Positions 50,093-60,497 are shown, numbered from the stretch's first letter. The stretch: DNA of 64,000 nt from Gemmatimonadales bacterium (GCA_041615815.1 JBFJCP010000024.1:1-64000), one strand, 5' to 3'. The notes: generated from the letters alone by a model not told the origin. Made by a program: numbers and translations.

Positions 50093-51712
50093 TCATCTTT
50101 CTGATCTCGGTCCCCCTTCGAGCATGATCGCCGGCTCCGAGCGAGCCACCGCTAGACCGTCCCGCCGCCGGTACACGATACCGTCGGTACCCGTATACAC
50201 CATGACATACTGCTTTTCCACGAGACGCCATAAGACCGGAAATTGTTCCATCGGGTAACGCGTCACGGGACGCACCGCCTCGGTGTCGACGATGAACACC
50301 GGTGGATGGCGGTCTACATCCGCGGCGAACCGGTCCCAGGCACCGGGCACGATCCGATCGGATGTGTCGATCGCGGGATCCCAGCTCCACGGGCTCCCAA
50401 AGATGTACCCGGTCAAGGGGAACGTGGCGACGTAGCGGCTTGCCGGACGGCGACGCGCGTCCAGATAGATACCTGGCGCCTGCCCCCAGACAAAGATCCG
50501 CTCATGGGGATCGGAGTGCTCGAAGACGTACTGGCCCACGTCGGAGGGTCGCCGTTGCTGCCAGAGCCCCACCGCGTGGGCGGCCGTGAAGCCTACGACG
50601 GTGAGCGCAAGCCAGGTCACCAACAGTCGCCGGCTGACGAGCGGCCACGGCGCCCGGGGATCTCGAAACAGCAGTCCGGCCACAGTCGGCGCGGCCAGCA
50701 CGCTGAGTGGCAGTACGAGCTGGACATAGTAATGAGGATAGAACCGACCGCTCGCAGCCGTTCCCACGACCGAGACCAGCGCGAGTCCCACGAGGGCCGC
50801 GAACTCGGCTTCTCGCCCCTTCCAGAGCGGGCGATACCGCGTCACGGCGAGCACTGCACCGATCACGAGCGGCGCGCACGCACCCACAAACGCCAACGAC
50901 ATCCGGCCGCCCCGGAGCCAGAACACTGGGTCGAGCACGCCGTGCGGTACGTCGTGATGGGTGATCGTCCAAAAGAACGCCTCGCGCCATATCCCTTTCT
51001 TCACGAGTACCAGCGCGACGAAACCCACGAGCGCCCAGAATCCAAAGCTGAACAGCGCCGCGTGCAGAACCCCGTGCCGCAGGGGCAGCCGCCGCGTACG
51101 CTGATAACCGGGGAGCAGGAAATACACGGCCAACGGCACCGCCGCCACGGCTGCCGGCTGCTTCAGGAGAAACGCCGCTCCCACGAGCGCACCGCTCAGC
51201 ACGAGGTCGGGTCGAACACGGGACGGCGACACGCGAAAGGCCAAGAGCATGCCCAACGCGATGGGCAGATTCATCAAGACCTCGCCGTTGAACGCCAGAT
51301 TCTTCCACGTGGCCCACGGCTGATAGAGACTGTAGAGAAAGGCGGCGGTCAGCGCCGTTCGATCGTCGAATAACCGTCGGCTCACCAGAAACAGCGCGCC
51401 CATGGTGAGGAACACCCATCCCAGCGCGGCAACGTGCAATCCGAACCAGTTATATTTGCCGCTCGCCTCGATCACCGACGCGTACACCCAGAACAAGAGC
51501 GGTGGCTTGCGCTCGACGGCGGTAAGGTACGGTTCGCCACCCTCGACCATCTCCAAAGCCACCACCGCGTACGTCGTCTCGTCGTCGATGGCCCGGGGAT
51601 GTACGAGTGCGGGGACCCGAAGCACCACCGTGACGGCGAGCAGCGCCCACCAGAGGCGCGGAGAGACCGAGCGAGCATCCGATGGTGGCGAGGCAGCCGG
51701 GGTATCGGTCAC
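50093..51712 (-). CDS. GT-C fold glycosyltransferase (ArnT/PMT-like, GT39/GT83)
   Basis: DDETTY, ERKPPLLFWVY, multiple TM helices, LLKQP, YPHYY; start uncertain. Confidence 0.82.
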   Translation of the reverse strand: MTDTPAASPPSDARSVSPRLWWALLAVTVVLRVPALVHPRAIDDETTYAVVALEMVEGGEPYLTAVERKPPLLFWVYASVIEASGKYNWFGLHVAALGWVFLTMGALFLVSRRLFDDRTALTAAFLYSLYQPWATWKNLAFNGEVLMNLPIALGMLLAFRVSPSRVRPDLVLSGALVGAAFLLKQPAAVAAVPLAVYFLLPGYQRTRRLPLRHGVLHAALFSFGFWALVGFVALVLVKKGIWREAFFWTITHHDVPHGVLDPVFWLRGGRMSLAFVGACAPLVIGAVLAVTRYRPLWKGREAEFAALVGLALVSVVGTAASGRFYPHYYVQLVLPLSVLAAPTVAGLLFRDPRAPWPLVSRRLLVTWLALTVVGFTAAHAVGLWQQRRPSDVGQYVFEHSDPHERIFVWGQAPGIYLDARRRPASRYVATFPLTGYIFGSPWSWDPAIDTSDRIVPGAWDRFAADVDRHPPVFIVDTEAVRPVTRYPMEQFPVLWRLVEKQYVMVYTGTDGIVYRRRDGLAVARSEPAIMLEGGPRSER

Positions 51713-51860
51713 GGATTGATGGACGGTTCGCAGTTGGCTCGCCTGTGCGAGACGAAAAAGACGTCCCAAGTCTAAACGGATCGAGCGAATGTTCAACGCA
51801 AGGAGGAGTGCGATGCCGCGCGCTGGCCCCGCCAAGCAACGACGCTGCACAGCAATCTGG

Positions 51861-53414
51861 ATGTCCCGGTGGTTCGCGGCGTTGGTGGCGCTCACCACCG
51901 CGGTGCCACCGACCCTCCCGGCACAGGCACCCGGCAGGGGCTCGCGCAACCTGCCTACCGACCATTGGGCCTACGAATACATCAAACGGCTCCGCACACG
52001 GGGACTCTTACTCAACCTCAACCCCCTCGCGCAACCGTACCGTCGGGGTGACGTGGCGTCCGGACTCGCCGGCATCGATCCCGATACGGTTTCGTCCCCC
52101 ATGGCCGCGTGGATCCGATTGCTCCAGGACGAGTTCAAGCGAGAGCTGGATCGCCAGGGGGGGGATCCCGTGGGGGCATGGGGCGTTCCGTTGAGCGGCC
52201 GCGTCGTGGCCTCATCCGGGCAACGCTTGGACGTGCTTCGCCCCGTGGGCCAAGCCGAGGCGTGGCCACGGACCAGCGGCGGGGTGTGGATCGAGCGTGG
52301 GCCGTTTGCCGCGGAGGCGCGCCTCACCTACGAGGGCCAGCTGCAAGACGACCCCGACGGGGCGGTCGATCAGGGGCGCATTGGACGCGCCGACAACGGC
52401 TATCTCTCTCTGGGGTTCTCCTTCGCCGACATCTGGTTCGGACGGTTCAAGCAGAACTGGTCCGCGCTCGGGACCACGGGCCTCATGATTTCGGACGTGG
52501 CGCCGGCGTATGCCCAACTCGCCTACGAGGTCCGCATCGGGCCGTTTGCCCTTCGGTCGCTCACCGGGGAGCTCGAAACGCTTCCCTCCTCCGACCCCAA
52601 CGGACTCAAACGCTACATCTCGGCTCACCGCTTCGAGTATCGCTCCAAACACATCACGTTGGCCATTGGCGAAGGGACTATGTTCGCCACCGATCGTGGC
52701 TTCCAGCTGCGGTTCTTGAACCCCCTGGAAGGAACCATCATTCAAACGACCACTCGCGCTCCGGGTGCCGAGCGGGAGAGCGTGGAAAACTCGGTCGTGG
52801 AGGCGCTGGGATGGTTCGGTGTCCCAGGATTCGAGGCCTACGTCGAGTTCTTCGTGGACGACATCGACGTGGACCCCGGTCCCGAGGGTGCCGAACCGTT
52901 CACTTATGCCTTCACCGTGGGGAGCCGGCTGGCCAATCTCGCTCCGTGGCTCGAGCTCGGCGTGGAATACAGTCAGGTCTCCGCGTTCGCGTATCGCGCC
53001 CCCCCCGGCGTCGACGTGTGGAGTTTCATCAACCGCGGTTTGGGCCAGAATTTCTCGGATTACGATCGCCTGACCCTGACCGCAGACGTCTTCGTGCCCC
53101 GGATACCCGGTCTGCGGCTCACTCCTACATTGCAGGTGCAGCGCCAGGGCGAGGGTTCATTCCGGGACCCCGTTCCCCCTCGCGATATCCACGTGGCGTC
53201 GCCCGCCCTTTTTCTCGGAGTCAAAGAGACGACGGTGCGGTTCGGCCTGCGCGGGTGGTTTCAACCGCATCGGTTTCTCCACCTGGAATGGGATATCGGT
53301 CAGAATGTGATCGACAACCCGGGCAACGTCTCAGGTACGAGCCGCAACGAATTCACCGCGGTGGTCGAAGCCGGATTCACGGTGGATTTCTCGCTGGGGG
53401 GATCGAGGCAGTGA
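51861..53414 (+). CDS. Capsule assembly Wzi-like outer-membrane protein
   Basis: Signal peptide; HWAYEYIKRL...PYRR N-terminal helices, GR..QNWS..G...L, SAHRFE, FLNP, YVEFFVDD. Confidence 0.7.
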   Translation: MSRWFAALVALTTAVPPTLPAQAPGRGSRNLPTDHWAYEYIKRLRTRGLLLNLNPLAQPYRRGDVASGLAGIDPDTVSSPMAAWIRLLQDEFKRELDRQGGDPVGAWGVPLSGRVVASSGQRLDVLRPVGQAEAWPRTSGGVWIERGPFAAEARLTYEGQLQDDPDGAVDQGRIGRADNGYLSLGFSFADIWFGRFKQNWSALGTTGLMISDVAPAYAQLAYEVRIGPFALRSLTGELETLPSSDPNGLKRYISAHRFEYRSKHITLAIGEGTMFATDRGFQLRFLNPLEGTIIQTTTRAPGAERESVENSVVEALGWFGVPGFEAYVEFFVDDIDVDPGPEGAEPFTYAFTVGSRLANLAPWLELGVEYSQVSAFAYRAPPGVDVWSFINRGLGQNFSDYDRLTLTADVFVPRIPGLRLTPTLQVQRQGEGSFRDPVPPRDIHVASPALFLGVKETTVRFGLRGWFQPHRFLHLEWDIGQNVIDNPGNVSGTSRNEFTAVVEAGFTVDFSLGGSRQ

Positions 53415-53551
53415 TGCGGGGCTAGGGACGAGGGATGAGGAACAAGGAGTCCTGGGCAGGCTCCCTCACGTGGGCGCCTGCTCCGCTCCCGCTCCACGAT
53501 ACTGAACCCCTCGTCCCTGACAGCTGGCCCGAATGCCTAAACCGCTGCTTG

Positions 53552-53911
53552 TCACAATCCAAATCGCGCGATCATGTAGTGGCTGGTGAACTGCAGGTGG
53601 TACAACAGGATCAGATAGTAGATCAGAAACGTAAAGAAGATGGCACACACGGCGAGGATGTGCCCCCGGCGACGCCAGAGAAAGAGGGCCCCCAGAGAGA
53701 CGAGGGCGATCTTGGCTAGGACGAAGACGAGCGCCCCATCGTGGACGAGGTCACGCATGAGGGCATTGGCTTCCACGGCGAGCCCAGCCTTGACCCACCA
53801 GAGAGTGAACACGGCGTCGAACAGGTTCAGCACGATCACCGCCCGTACGATTCCGTCCAACCAGCGCAGATGTTCCGCGGTACCGACGATGATCCGCTGA
53901 CGCATGCTCAT
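53552..53911 (-). CDS. DUF5658-like small membrane protein
   Basis: LNLFDAVFT...EANALM...FVLAK motif; several TM segments. Confidence 0.8.
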   Translation of the reverse strand: MSMRQRIIVGTAEHLRWLDGIVRAVIVLNLFDAVFTLWWVKAGLAVEANALMRDLVHDGALVFVLAKIALVSLGALFLWRRRGHILAVCAIFFTFLIYYLILLYHLQFTSHYMIARFGL

Positions 53912-54000
53912 CCCATGTCCTTCTCGCCCTGACGTCGCGAGCCCTCCACAGCGCGGCGCGCCTGCCACACCGAACGGGCGCGGTTCGGTGACTGGGTTTG

Positions 54001-54016
54001 TGTGACACCCATCACA
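54001..54016. promoter_or_regulatory. CRP-type palindrome upstream of glpD
   Basis: TGTGA-caccca-TCACA, exact TGTGA-N6-TCACA match. Confidence 0.55.
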
Positions 54017-54099
54017 AAAGCAACAAGCATGCCCAGACCCGGCTACAGGAGCTTCCGGTTCCTTACCCCGCTCGTGGCCGGCGGTTACCATTCCTTCTC

Positions 54100-55665
54100 A
54101 TGAACCGAGACGCCATGATGGACCGGCTGCGGGACCGGTCCGACCCGTGGGACTTCGTGATCATCGGTGGCGGCGCTACCGGGATGGGCATCGCCGTGGA
54201 TGCGGCGTCCCGCGGATTCGATGTGCTCCTCGTGGAGCAGTCGGATTTTGGAAAGGGCACGTCGTCCCGATCCACCAAGCTGGTGCACGGCGGTGTGCGG
54301 TATCTGAAACAGGGCAATGTCTCGCTTGTCATGGAAGCGCTGAAAGAGCGCGGAATCTTACTGCAGAACGCGCCGCACCTCGTGTCCGATCTCGAATTTG
54401 TCGTTCCCAATTACGAGTGGTGGGAGGCACCCTTCTACGGAGTCGGGATGAAGGTGTACGACGTACTGGCCGGCCGCTATCGGTTCGGAAAGTCCAAGAC
54501 GCTCTCGGTGGAAGAGACCATCGAGCGGCTCCCCAACATCGAGCGTGACGGGCTCCGGGGAGGGGTGCTCTACCATGATGGCCAGTTCGACGACGCCCGG
54601 CTTCTGATCAACCTCGCGCAAACCGCCTTCGAACAGGGGGCGTGCCTGGTCAACTACGCCCAGGTCACCGCGCTCGGCAAGAATGGGAGTGGCTTCGTGA
54701 GCGGTGTGCGAATCCACGACGTGGAGGGTGACAAGGAGTTTGCTGCGTCGGCGCGGGTCGTCATCAACGCCACGGGGCCCTTCACCGACGGGGTGCGGCG
54801 GATGGACCGGCCCGGGATCAAGCCGATCATTGCCCCCAGCCAGGGCGTCCATGTCACCTTGACGCGGGACTTCCTCGCCGGGGAATCAGCGATCATGGTG
54901 CCGCGCACCCCCGATGGACGGGTGCTCTTCGCCGTTCCGTGGCATGACCATGTCATCGTGGGGACCACGGACACGCCGCTCGACGAGGTGCGCCTCGAGC
55001 CCCGTGCGATGCCAGAGGAAATCGACTTCATTCTCGAAACCGCCGTGCAGTACCTCGTGAAGGATCCGACCAAAGAGGATATCCTCTCCGTGTTCGCCGG
55101 CATCCGCCCGCTAGTCAAGGTCGGCGACGAGGAGAATACGGCTGAGCTCTCTCGCGATCACACCATCGAGATCTCGCAGTCCGGACTCATGACGATCGCG
55201 GGCGGGAAATGGACTACCTACCGCAACATGGCCGAGGACTGTGTGGATCAAGCCATCACCGTGGGTGCGCTGGAAGACCGCCCATGCATCACCAAGACCC
55301 TCCACATTCATGGACATCTGCGCGATGCCGATCGCTTTGACGCGCTCGCCTGGTATGGCGCGGACGCGACGGCGGTGCAGACCCTCATCGATTCCAATGA
55401 TGCGCTCGCTGAGCAATTGCACCCAGCACTCCCCTATCGAGCGGGTGAGGTTGTCTGGTCGACGCGGCATGAAATGGCGCGCACCGTCGACGACTATCTC
55501 TCGCGTCGGAGCCGAACCACGTTCCTCAATGCCCGAGCCGGCATCACCATGGCACCACGGGTCGCCGCCCTGATGGCGGAGACGTTGGGGAAGAACGAGA
55601 CCTGGGCCGCCAACCAGGTCCGTGACTACCAAGCGCTCGCTCAGGGATACCTCGTCGACGCCTGA
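54100..55665 (+). CDS. glpD: FAD-dependent glycerol-3-phosphate dehydrogenase/oxidase
   Basis: IIGGGATG, GTSSRSTKLVHGGVRYL, DGQFDDARL, INATG, GTTD, AGIRPL, SRDH, GGKWTTYR. Confidence 0.93.
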   Translation: MNRDAMMDRLRDRSDPWDFVIIGGGATGMGIAVDAASRGFDVLLVEQSDFGKGTSSRSTKLVHGGVRYLKQGNVSLVMEALKERGILLQNAPHLVSDLEFVVPNYEWWEAPFYGVGMKVYDVLAGRYRFGKSKTLSVEETIERLPNIERDGLRGGVLYHDGQFDDARLLINLAQTAFEQGACLVNYAQVTALGKNGSGFVSGVRIHDVEGDKEFAASARVVINATGPFTDGVRRMDRPGIKPIIAPSQGVHVTLTRDFLAGESAIMVPRTPDGRVLFAVPWHDHVIVGTTDTPLDEVRLEPRAMPEEIDFILETAVQYLVKDPTKEDILSVFAGIRPLVKVGDEENTAELSRDHTIEISQSGLMTIAGGKWTTYRNMAEDCVDQAITVGALEDRPCITKTLHIHGHLRDADRFDALAWYGADATAVQTLIDSNDALAEQLHPALPYRAGEVVWSTRHEMARTVDDYLSRRSRTTFLNARAGITMAPRVAALMAETLGKNETWAANQVRDYQALAQGYLVDA

Positions 55666-55672
55666 CCACCGC

Positions 55673-56284
55673 ATGACCCCCCTGTGGAGGCTGTCCGTTC
55701 TCACCGCGGTCGGCACCCTCTTGGTCGCGCTCGGAGTGAGTACCGCGCTCGGATACGGGCTCTGGGTGAAGCTCGCCGGCTATCCGGTGGCCCAACTCGA
55801 GGTCGCGTCGGGAACCACCATGCCGCTCATGGGACTCAACGTGTCGATAGTGGAGGACGGGGGTGTCCGGACGCGTATTGGACCTGTGGGACTGACGGTG
55901 GCCATGACACCGCTCGAGGTACGACTGGGGTACCGGGAGCCGCCCAGCCCCGCCTCCCTCCACTATCACTTGCTGGTCACGTCCCGCGAGGGCGTCACGA
56001 TCCACGAGCAATCCGGCACCTTCGGGACGTGGTTTCGTGGTCTACCCGGAAGTCCCGCCGTCAGGCTCGGCCGCTTCGCGGTGCGCGAGAACGGCAGCTA
56101 CTACGTGGACTTCACGCTCCGTCCTAACGTCCGCGGGGATTCCACTCCACCGCTCGTGCCACCCAACGCGCGGCTGCAGGTACGGGCAGCCACACCCGAA
56201 TTTCAATTGTGGTATGGCGTTGCGTGTCTTCTCACGGTCGGACTCGGCATCTGGCTCATCCTGCGAGGACCAAGAGCGGGCTGA
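55673..56284 (+). CDS. Hypothetical membrane protein (N- and C-terminal TM)
   Basis: ATG 7 nt after the glpD stop; two hydrophobic helices flanking a beta-rich domain. Confidence 0.7.
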   Translation: MTPLWRLSVLTAVGTLLVALGVSTALGYGLWVKLAGYPVAQLEVASGTTMPLMGLNVSIVEDGGVRTRIGPVGLTVAMTPLEVRLGYREPPSPASLHYHLLVTSREGVTIHEQSGTFGTWFRGLPGSPAVRLGRFAVRENGSYYVDFTLRPNVRGDSTPPLVPPNARLQVRAATPEFQLWYGVACLLTVGLGIWLILRGPRAG

Positions 56285-56306
56285 CCTACCGTCTCGCCGT
56301 TCACCC

Positions 56307-56864
56307 CTACCAGCCTTCTGTGCCAGGCGTCCCCTTGAAGGGTCCCAAGATGTCGGGCGTCACCCAGCCCCCGTAGAAGTCGCCGTCTTGCGGAGCCACT
56401 TGCATGTCGCCAACCCAGCATCCATCCATCTTCCCCGCATAGAACGCCAGATAATCCCGAATGACGGCGAACGCCGCTGTGGGTCGGGGATAACTCCAGG
56501 CGGCGTTGGTGACGACACGCTCGCCCACCCGCACATCCCAATACCGCGCCACCCCTTTCCACTCACACATGGTGCGATGGGAACTCGGCGTGAGGTACTC
56601 GGTGACCACGTCGGCGGGCGGCAGATAGTACACGGGCGGACTGGCGGTTTCGATCACGCGGTATGCCGCTGCTGTCTGCGCGAGCTCGATGCCGCCAAAC
56701 TCGACGCGGATCGGCGCGGTCACCGGCTCCACCCGCGGCGGCCGCGGATAGTCCCAGACCGATTCCTGGCCCGGCCCCGGCACGTCGCGCTGGGGCCGCT
56801 CGCCCTCGAGCGCGTCCCACTTTCGTTGTTCCTGCTCGATCCGCTGATCGGACCACGATTTCAT
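56307..56864 (-). CDS. DUF427 family protein
   Basis: QESVWDYPRPP, ETASPPVYY, CEWKG, AAWSYP, FYGGW. Confidence 0.9.
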   Translation of the reverse strand: MKSWSDQRIEQEQRKWDALEGERPQRDVPGPGQESVWDYPRPPRVEPVTAPIRVEFGGIELAQTAAAYRVIETASPPVYYLPPADVVTEYLTPSSHRTMCEWKGVARYWDVRVGERVVTNAAWSYPRPTAAFAVIRDYLAFYAGKMDGCWVGDMQVAPQDGDFYGGWVTPDILGPFKGTPGTEGW

Positions 56865-56880
56865 CGGTAACCTCGCGCGT

Positions 56881-58488
56881 CTACGGAGCATCACCTTCGG
56901 ACGCGGCGACCTGCTTCGACTCCGCGACCATGCGTCGCACTTCAGCGAGGAGCGCTTGCGTATCGAAGACCACCCCGTCCTTGATGGTGTACTTGATCCC
57001 TCCCACGCGCTGCACGGTGCGCGTCTCCGGATCGAACTTGATGGCCCCCGTGCCGTACAAGACCTTGAAATTCTCCAGCGGGTTGGCGTCGACCACCACG
57101 AGATCGGCGAGCTTCCCAGGTTCCACCGTGCCGAGTTGATCCGCCTTGCCGAGCGCCTCAGCCGCGTGCATCGTGGCCGCGCGGATGACCTCCAGCGGAT
57201 GGAATCCCGCCTGTTGCAGCAGCTCGAACTCGCGAATGTAGGTGAAGCCGGGAAGCGTATAGCCCGACCCTTCATCGGCACCCGTCACGACGCGGCCGCC
57301 GCGGTTCTTGAAATCGTTGAGAAACCGCTGCCACGAGATGAAGAAACGATACCAATTGGTCTCGTCCTTCGTGGTCCAATAAAACTGTAACGAGCCGTGA
57401 TGCTCGGGATCGGGAATCCAGTAGTCGAGGAAGCCCTGTGACGAGTACTCGTCGTGCCACTCGGCCCGCCGGACGAACATGAAGTTTCGACTGTCCTCAT
57501 ACACCGCCATCGTGGGCACGATGGTGAAGCCGAGACTCACGAGCTCGTCCAAAACCGCGTTCCATTTTTCGGAGCCCGGCTCCACAGCCTGCATGAAAAA
57601 CCGTCCGGATTCCGAGAACCGCTGGTACTCGTTGTTCTGGTTGTAGTCCGCTGGCCAGTCCGGGACCGTGGCATCGGCAAGCATCGACTCGGCGAGGCCG
57701 TACCAATGTTGTTGATGATCCAGTCCGAGGCGGGCGGCATCCACGATGTTCATCCGTGTCACACCACTTTGCCGGAGGTGCATCGTGGTCAGGAGACCGT
57801 GTTTGTGGGCCTCGTCGATGAACGCCGCCGTGAGCACAGGAGCTTCGCCCTGGAGCTTGAGACCGTCCGCACCCGCGGCGGCCACCGCCCGAACCCATTC
57901 CCGTGCGATCTCCGGGGTCGTGATCTGTTTGCCGAAGCTGAAGATCCCACGGCGCCCGGGCCGGACGTACGCTTCGATGCGCGGCGCGATAATCTGCCGC
58001 CGATCGCTGGAATCGCGTTGGGCAGTAGTCCACGCGAGGCCATTGCCGCTTCCGGCGTCGAGGATCATCGTCTGGCCGTGGCCAAGTCGCAAATAGTAGT
58101 CGTACGCGACCGGCAGGCTCGCACGACCACTGGCCGTGTTGATGTGTGCGTGCGCGTTGATAAAACCCGGCATCACGTACATACCGGTGCCATCCAACTC
58201 GAACGTCCCAGCCGCCGGTCGCAGCGCCGCGTCTATGCGACCGAAATCGTCACCCACCACCACCACGTCCACGATCTGGTTGCCTTCGATGGCGATATCC
58301 ACCGGGAACACTGGAGGCGCCGCGGTGCCGTCGATGAGCGTCACGTTGCGGATCACCATTCGGTCGAACGGGCCCTGGGCAAGCTGTTGGGCATCGACGG
58401 CGGAGACGGCGAACAGCGTGCCGACGAATGCGCAGAGCAACACGGATCGGCCGTTCGGGGAACGGACCGGGGAAGGAACACGGCACAT
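56881..58488 (-). CDS. Secreted amidohydrolase family protein
   Basis: Signal peptide; MPGFINAHAH, GTVEPGKLADLVVVDANP. Confidence 0.88.
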   Translation of the reverse strand: MCRVPSPVRSPNGRSVLLCAFVGTLFAVSAVDAQQLAQGPFDRMVIRNVTLIDGTAAPPVFPVDIAIEGNQIVDVVVVGDDFGRIDAALRPAAGTFELDGTGMYVMPGFINAHAHINTASGRASLPVAYDYYLRLGHGQTMILDAGSGNGLAWTTAQRDSSDRRQIIAPRIEAYVRPGRRGIFSFGKQITTPEIAREWVRAVAAAGADGLKLQGEAPVLTAAFIDEAHKHGLLTTMHLRQSGVTRMNIVDAARLGLDHQQHWYGLAESMLADATVPDWPADYNQNNEYQRFSESGRFFMQAVEPGSEKWNAVLDELVSLGFTIVPTMAVYEDSRNFMFVRRAEWHDEYSSQGFLDYWIPDPEHHGSLQFYWTTKDETNWYRFFISWQRFLNDFKNRGGRVVTGADEGSGYTLPGFTYIREFELLQQAGFHPLEVIRAATMHAAEALGKADQLGTVEPGKLADLVVVDANPLENFKVLYGTGAIKFDPETRTVQRVGGIKYTIKDGVVFDTQALLAEVRRMVAESKQVAASEGDAP

Positions 58489-58571
58489 GACGACCTCGTC
58501 TGGTCAGGAGAGGAACGGCCATCGGTACTATAGTCCCAGCCGGCGGCGTCGGCCAGGTGATGAATGCGTGG

Positions 58572-59435
58572 TTATCGAGCGGATCGGGTGAGAAACGCCA
58601 AGCGCGTTGCGTGCTCGGTATCCGTCACCCGCTTGAGGTCCGGCGAAATGGCTTCGAGCAGCTGACTCAAGGCCCGCGTGGCAAACGAGAAGCCCTTTCG
58701 CCGCTCGTCATCGGGATACTCGCCCACGAGCACGCGACGACGGACCGTCATGCCCACGAGGCGTCGGTCGCAGGCGCAGGCGGTAAAGCGGGACTCGCAC
58801 GCGGTTACCAACTCAGTCAATTGCTCACGCGGAGACGAACCGGTCAGCTTCGAGAGATCTGTCCGGCCCTCCGCGAATGAGAATCGGCGAGTCGCGGCAC
58901 CCTCAACGACGAAGACGTCAACGAACCCCATGAAATCTTCGCTCGCTGTCTCGTCCCCACGGTCCCGGCTGCGGCCACGTTGTCCCCGGCCCACGAGCGT
59001 ATCGGGCGTGAGGCCGGAGTGGGAGAGCCGGCCCATCGCGGTTCCCGTCGACGATCGCGCAGCCGCAGCGCGCTCGCGCTTCGGTTCGCAATGCACGACC
59101 AGTACGCGCGACTCGTACGGAATGGTCTGCGCACCGCCGTCGGCCGTCACTTCCAGGCCCGTATCACTGACCTCCACCGCCGAGGCCTCGGTTCTGGCGG
59201 GCACCGATCGGAGATCGGCGGCAGACAAGAAGATCACCCCCATACCCGCGTCACGGAGTGTGTCGAAGGTCGGGACCATGGCGTCCCGATCCTTGCCGGC
59301 GAACCAAATCTCTGGCAAGCCGTAGTTCGCCTTCATCTTGACCTCGGCCTGCGTTAGCCGGAAACATGGCAAGGCCTGCACGTAGTCGACGTCGCCGTGC
59401 GGCGGGTCAGAGACAATCAGCCAATAGTCGCTCAT
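58572..59435 (-). CDS. Hypothetical protein
   Basis: ATG 59435 MSDYWLIVSDPP; natural globular composition; fills the gap. Confidence 0.7.
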   Translation of the reverse strand: MSDYWLIVSDPPHGDVDYVQALPCFRLTQAEVKMKANYGLPEIWFAGKDRDAMVPTFDTLRDAGMGVIFLSAADLRSVPARTEASAVEVSDTGLEVTADGGAQTIPYESRVLVVHCEPKRERAAAARSSTGTAMGRLSHSGLTPDTLVGRGQRGRSRDRGDETASEDFMGFVDVFVVEGAATRRFSFAEGRTDLSKLTGSSPREQLTELVTACESRFTACACDRRLVGMTVRRRVLVGEYPDDERRKGFSFATRALSQLLEAISPDLKRVTDTEHATRLAFLTRSAR

Positions 59436-59544
59436 CGCGGCCGAAGGTAGCAATTTCCCCGGGCCATGTCCACCGACGAGGAACCAGGGCGGGCTCGCGT
59501 GGTATTCAGTGGTTGTACTCTTTCCACGCCGAGCGGGGGTCCAT

Positions 59545-60399
59545 ATGTCCAGTGTTGGGGTTCCGCCAGTCGTGCCCGCCACTCCGTTGCGACGAATCAG
59601 TGTGCTCACATGGTCGCTCGCGGTGCTTGCCGTCTCGAAAACCGCGTGGTCGCAGGAACCCCAGACCACCATTCGTGGGACCGTTGCGGACTCACTGACC
59701 CACCAGCCGCTCGGTGGGGTGGCCATACTGATTCCGGGAACCGAGTATCGCGCCACCACCGATCCCCAGGGCTCGTTCGCGATCGCCGTGGCCCACGGTA
59801 CCACCCTCCTCATCCAGTTCCACCGTCGGGGCTATCGATCCATGGAGGTGGAGATCGACTTTCCGGCAGAGCATGTAGCCGAGGTGGCATTGGGCACCAT
59901 TCCATTACCAGCCGATGCGACGCGACTGGACAGCCTAATCGTTGAGGCCGTGGCCCCGCCCCCCGCGGGCCTCGCCGAGTTCTACGAGCGTTTGAATCGG
60001 GGCGCCGGGCGGTTCATCACCCGCGAGGCCATCGAGCAGCAAAGACCGTCGCACGTATCTGAGATGTTCCGCGGGATATCCGCGGTGCGGCTTCGCTGTT
60101 CAGGAGCGGGCAATTGCGTGGCGGCCACGCCACGTCAGCCCAGGCAGTCCATCGCTCTCGAAATGCGCACCCCGCGCGACACGCTGATCAATCGGGTCCA
60201 AACGGCGCAGGATACACTCGGCACCTTCTGCCCCATGCCGGTTTACCTCGATGGGCTCCCCGTGGCGGACTTCAACATAGACGCGGTGCCACCGCACGAC
60301 GTCATGGGCATCGAGATCTATACGGGTGCCTTGGTGCCAGCCAAGTATCGCAGCAGCGCATGCGGGGTGATCCTCATTTGGACGAGCCGGGCTGGGTGA
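59545..60399 (+). CDS. Secreted protein with carboxypeptidase-regulatory-like domain plus TonB-receptor plug-like domain, no barrel
   Basis: IRGTVADS...ATTDPQGSF...GY; FYER, FITREAIE, VYLDG, GIEIY, CGVILIWT. Confidence 0.8.
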   Translation: MSSVGVPPVVPATPLRRISVLTWSLAVLAVSKTAWSQEPQTTIRGTVADSLTHQPLGGVAILIPGTEYRATTDPQGSFAIAVAHGTTLLIQFHRRGYRSMEVEIDFPAEHVAEVALGTIPLPADATRLDSLIVEAVAPPPAGLAEFYERLNRGAGRFITREAIEQQRPSHVSEMFRGISAVRLRCSGAGNCVAATPRQPRQSIALEMRTPRDTLINRVQTAQDTLGTFCPMPVYLDGLPVADFNIDAVPPHDVMGIEIYTGALVPAKYRSSACGVILIWTSRAG

Positions 60400-60497
60400 G
60401 GATACTCGCGCAGGCTAGCGTGCAGAGTCGTCTTCGGTGCCACCGGGGCGCTGGTGTCCCTGCTGCTCGCAGCAGCCCCGATGACCGAGGGAAGACG

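Noticed and set aside
52109..53425. 438-aa plus-strand ORF
   Set aside because: Alternate frame overlapping the Wzi-like gene; Arg-rich with no motif
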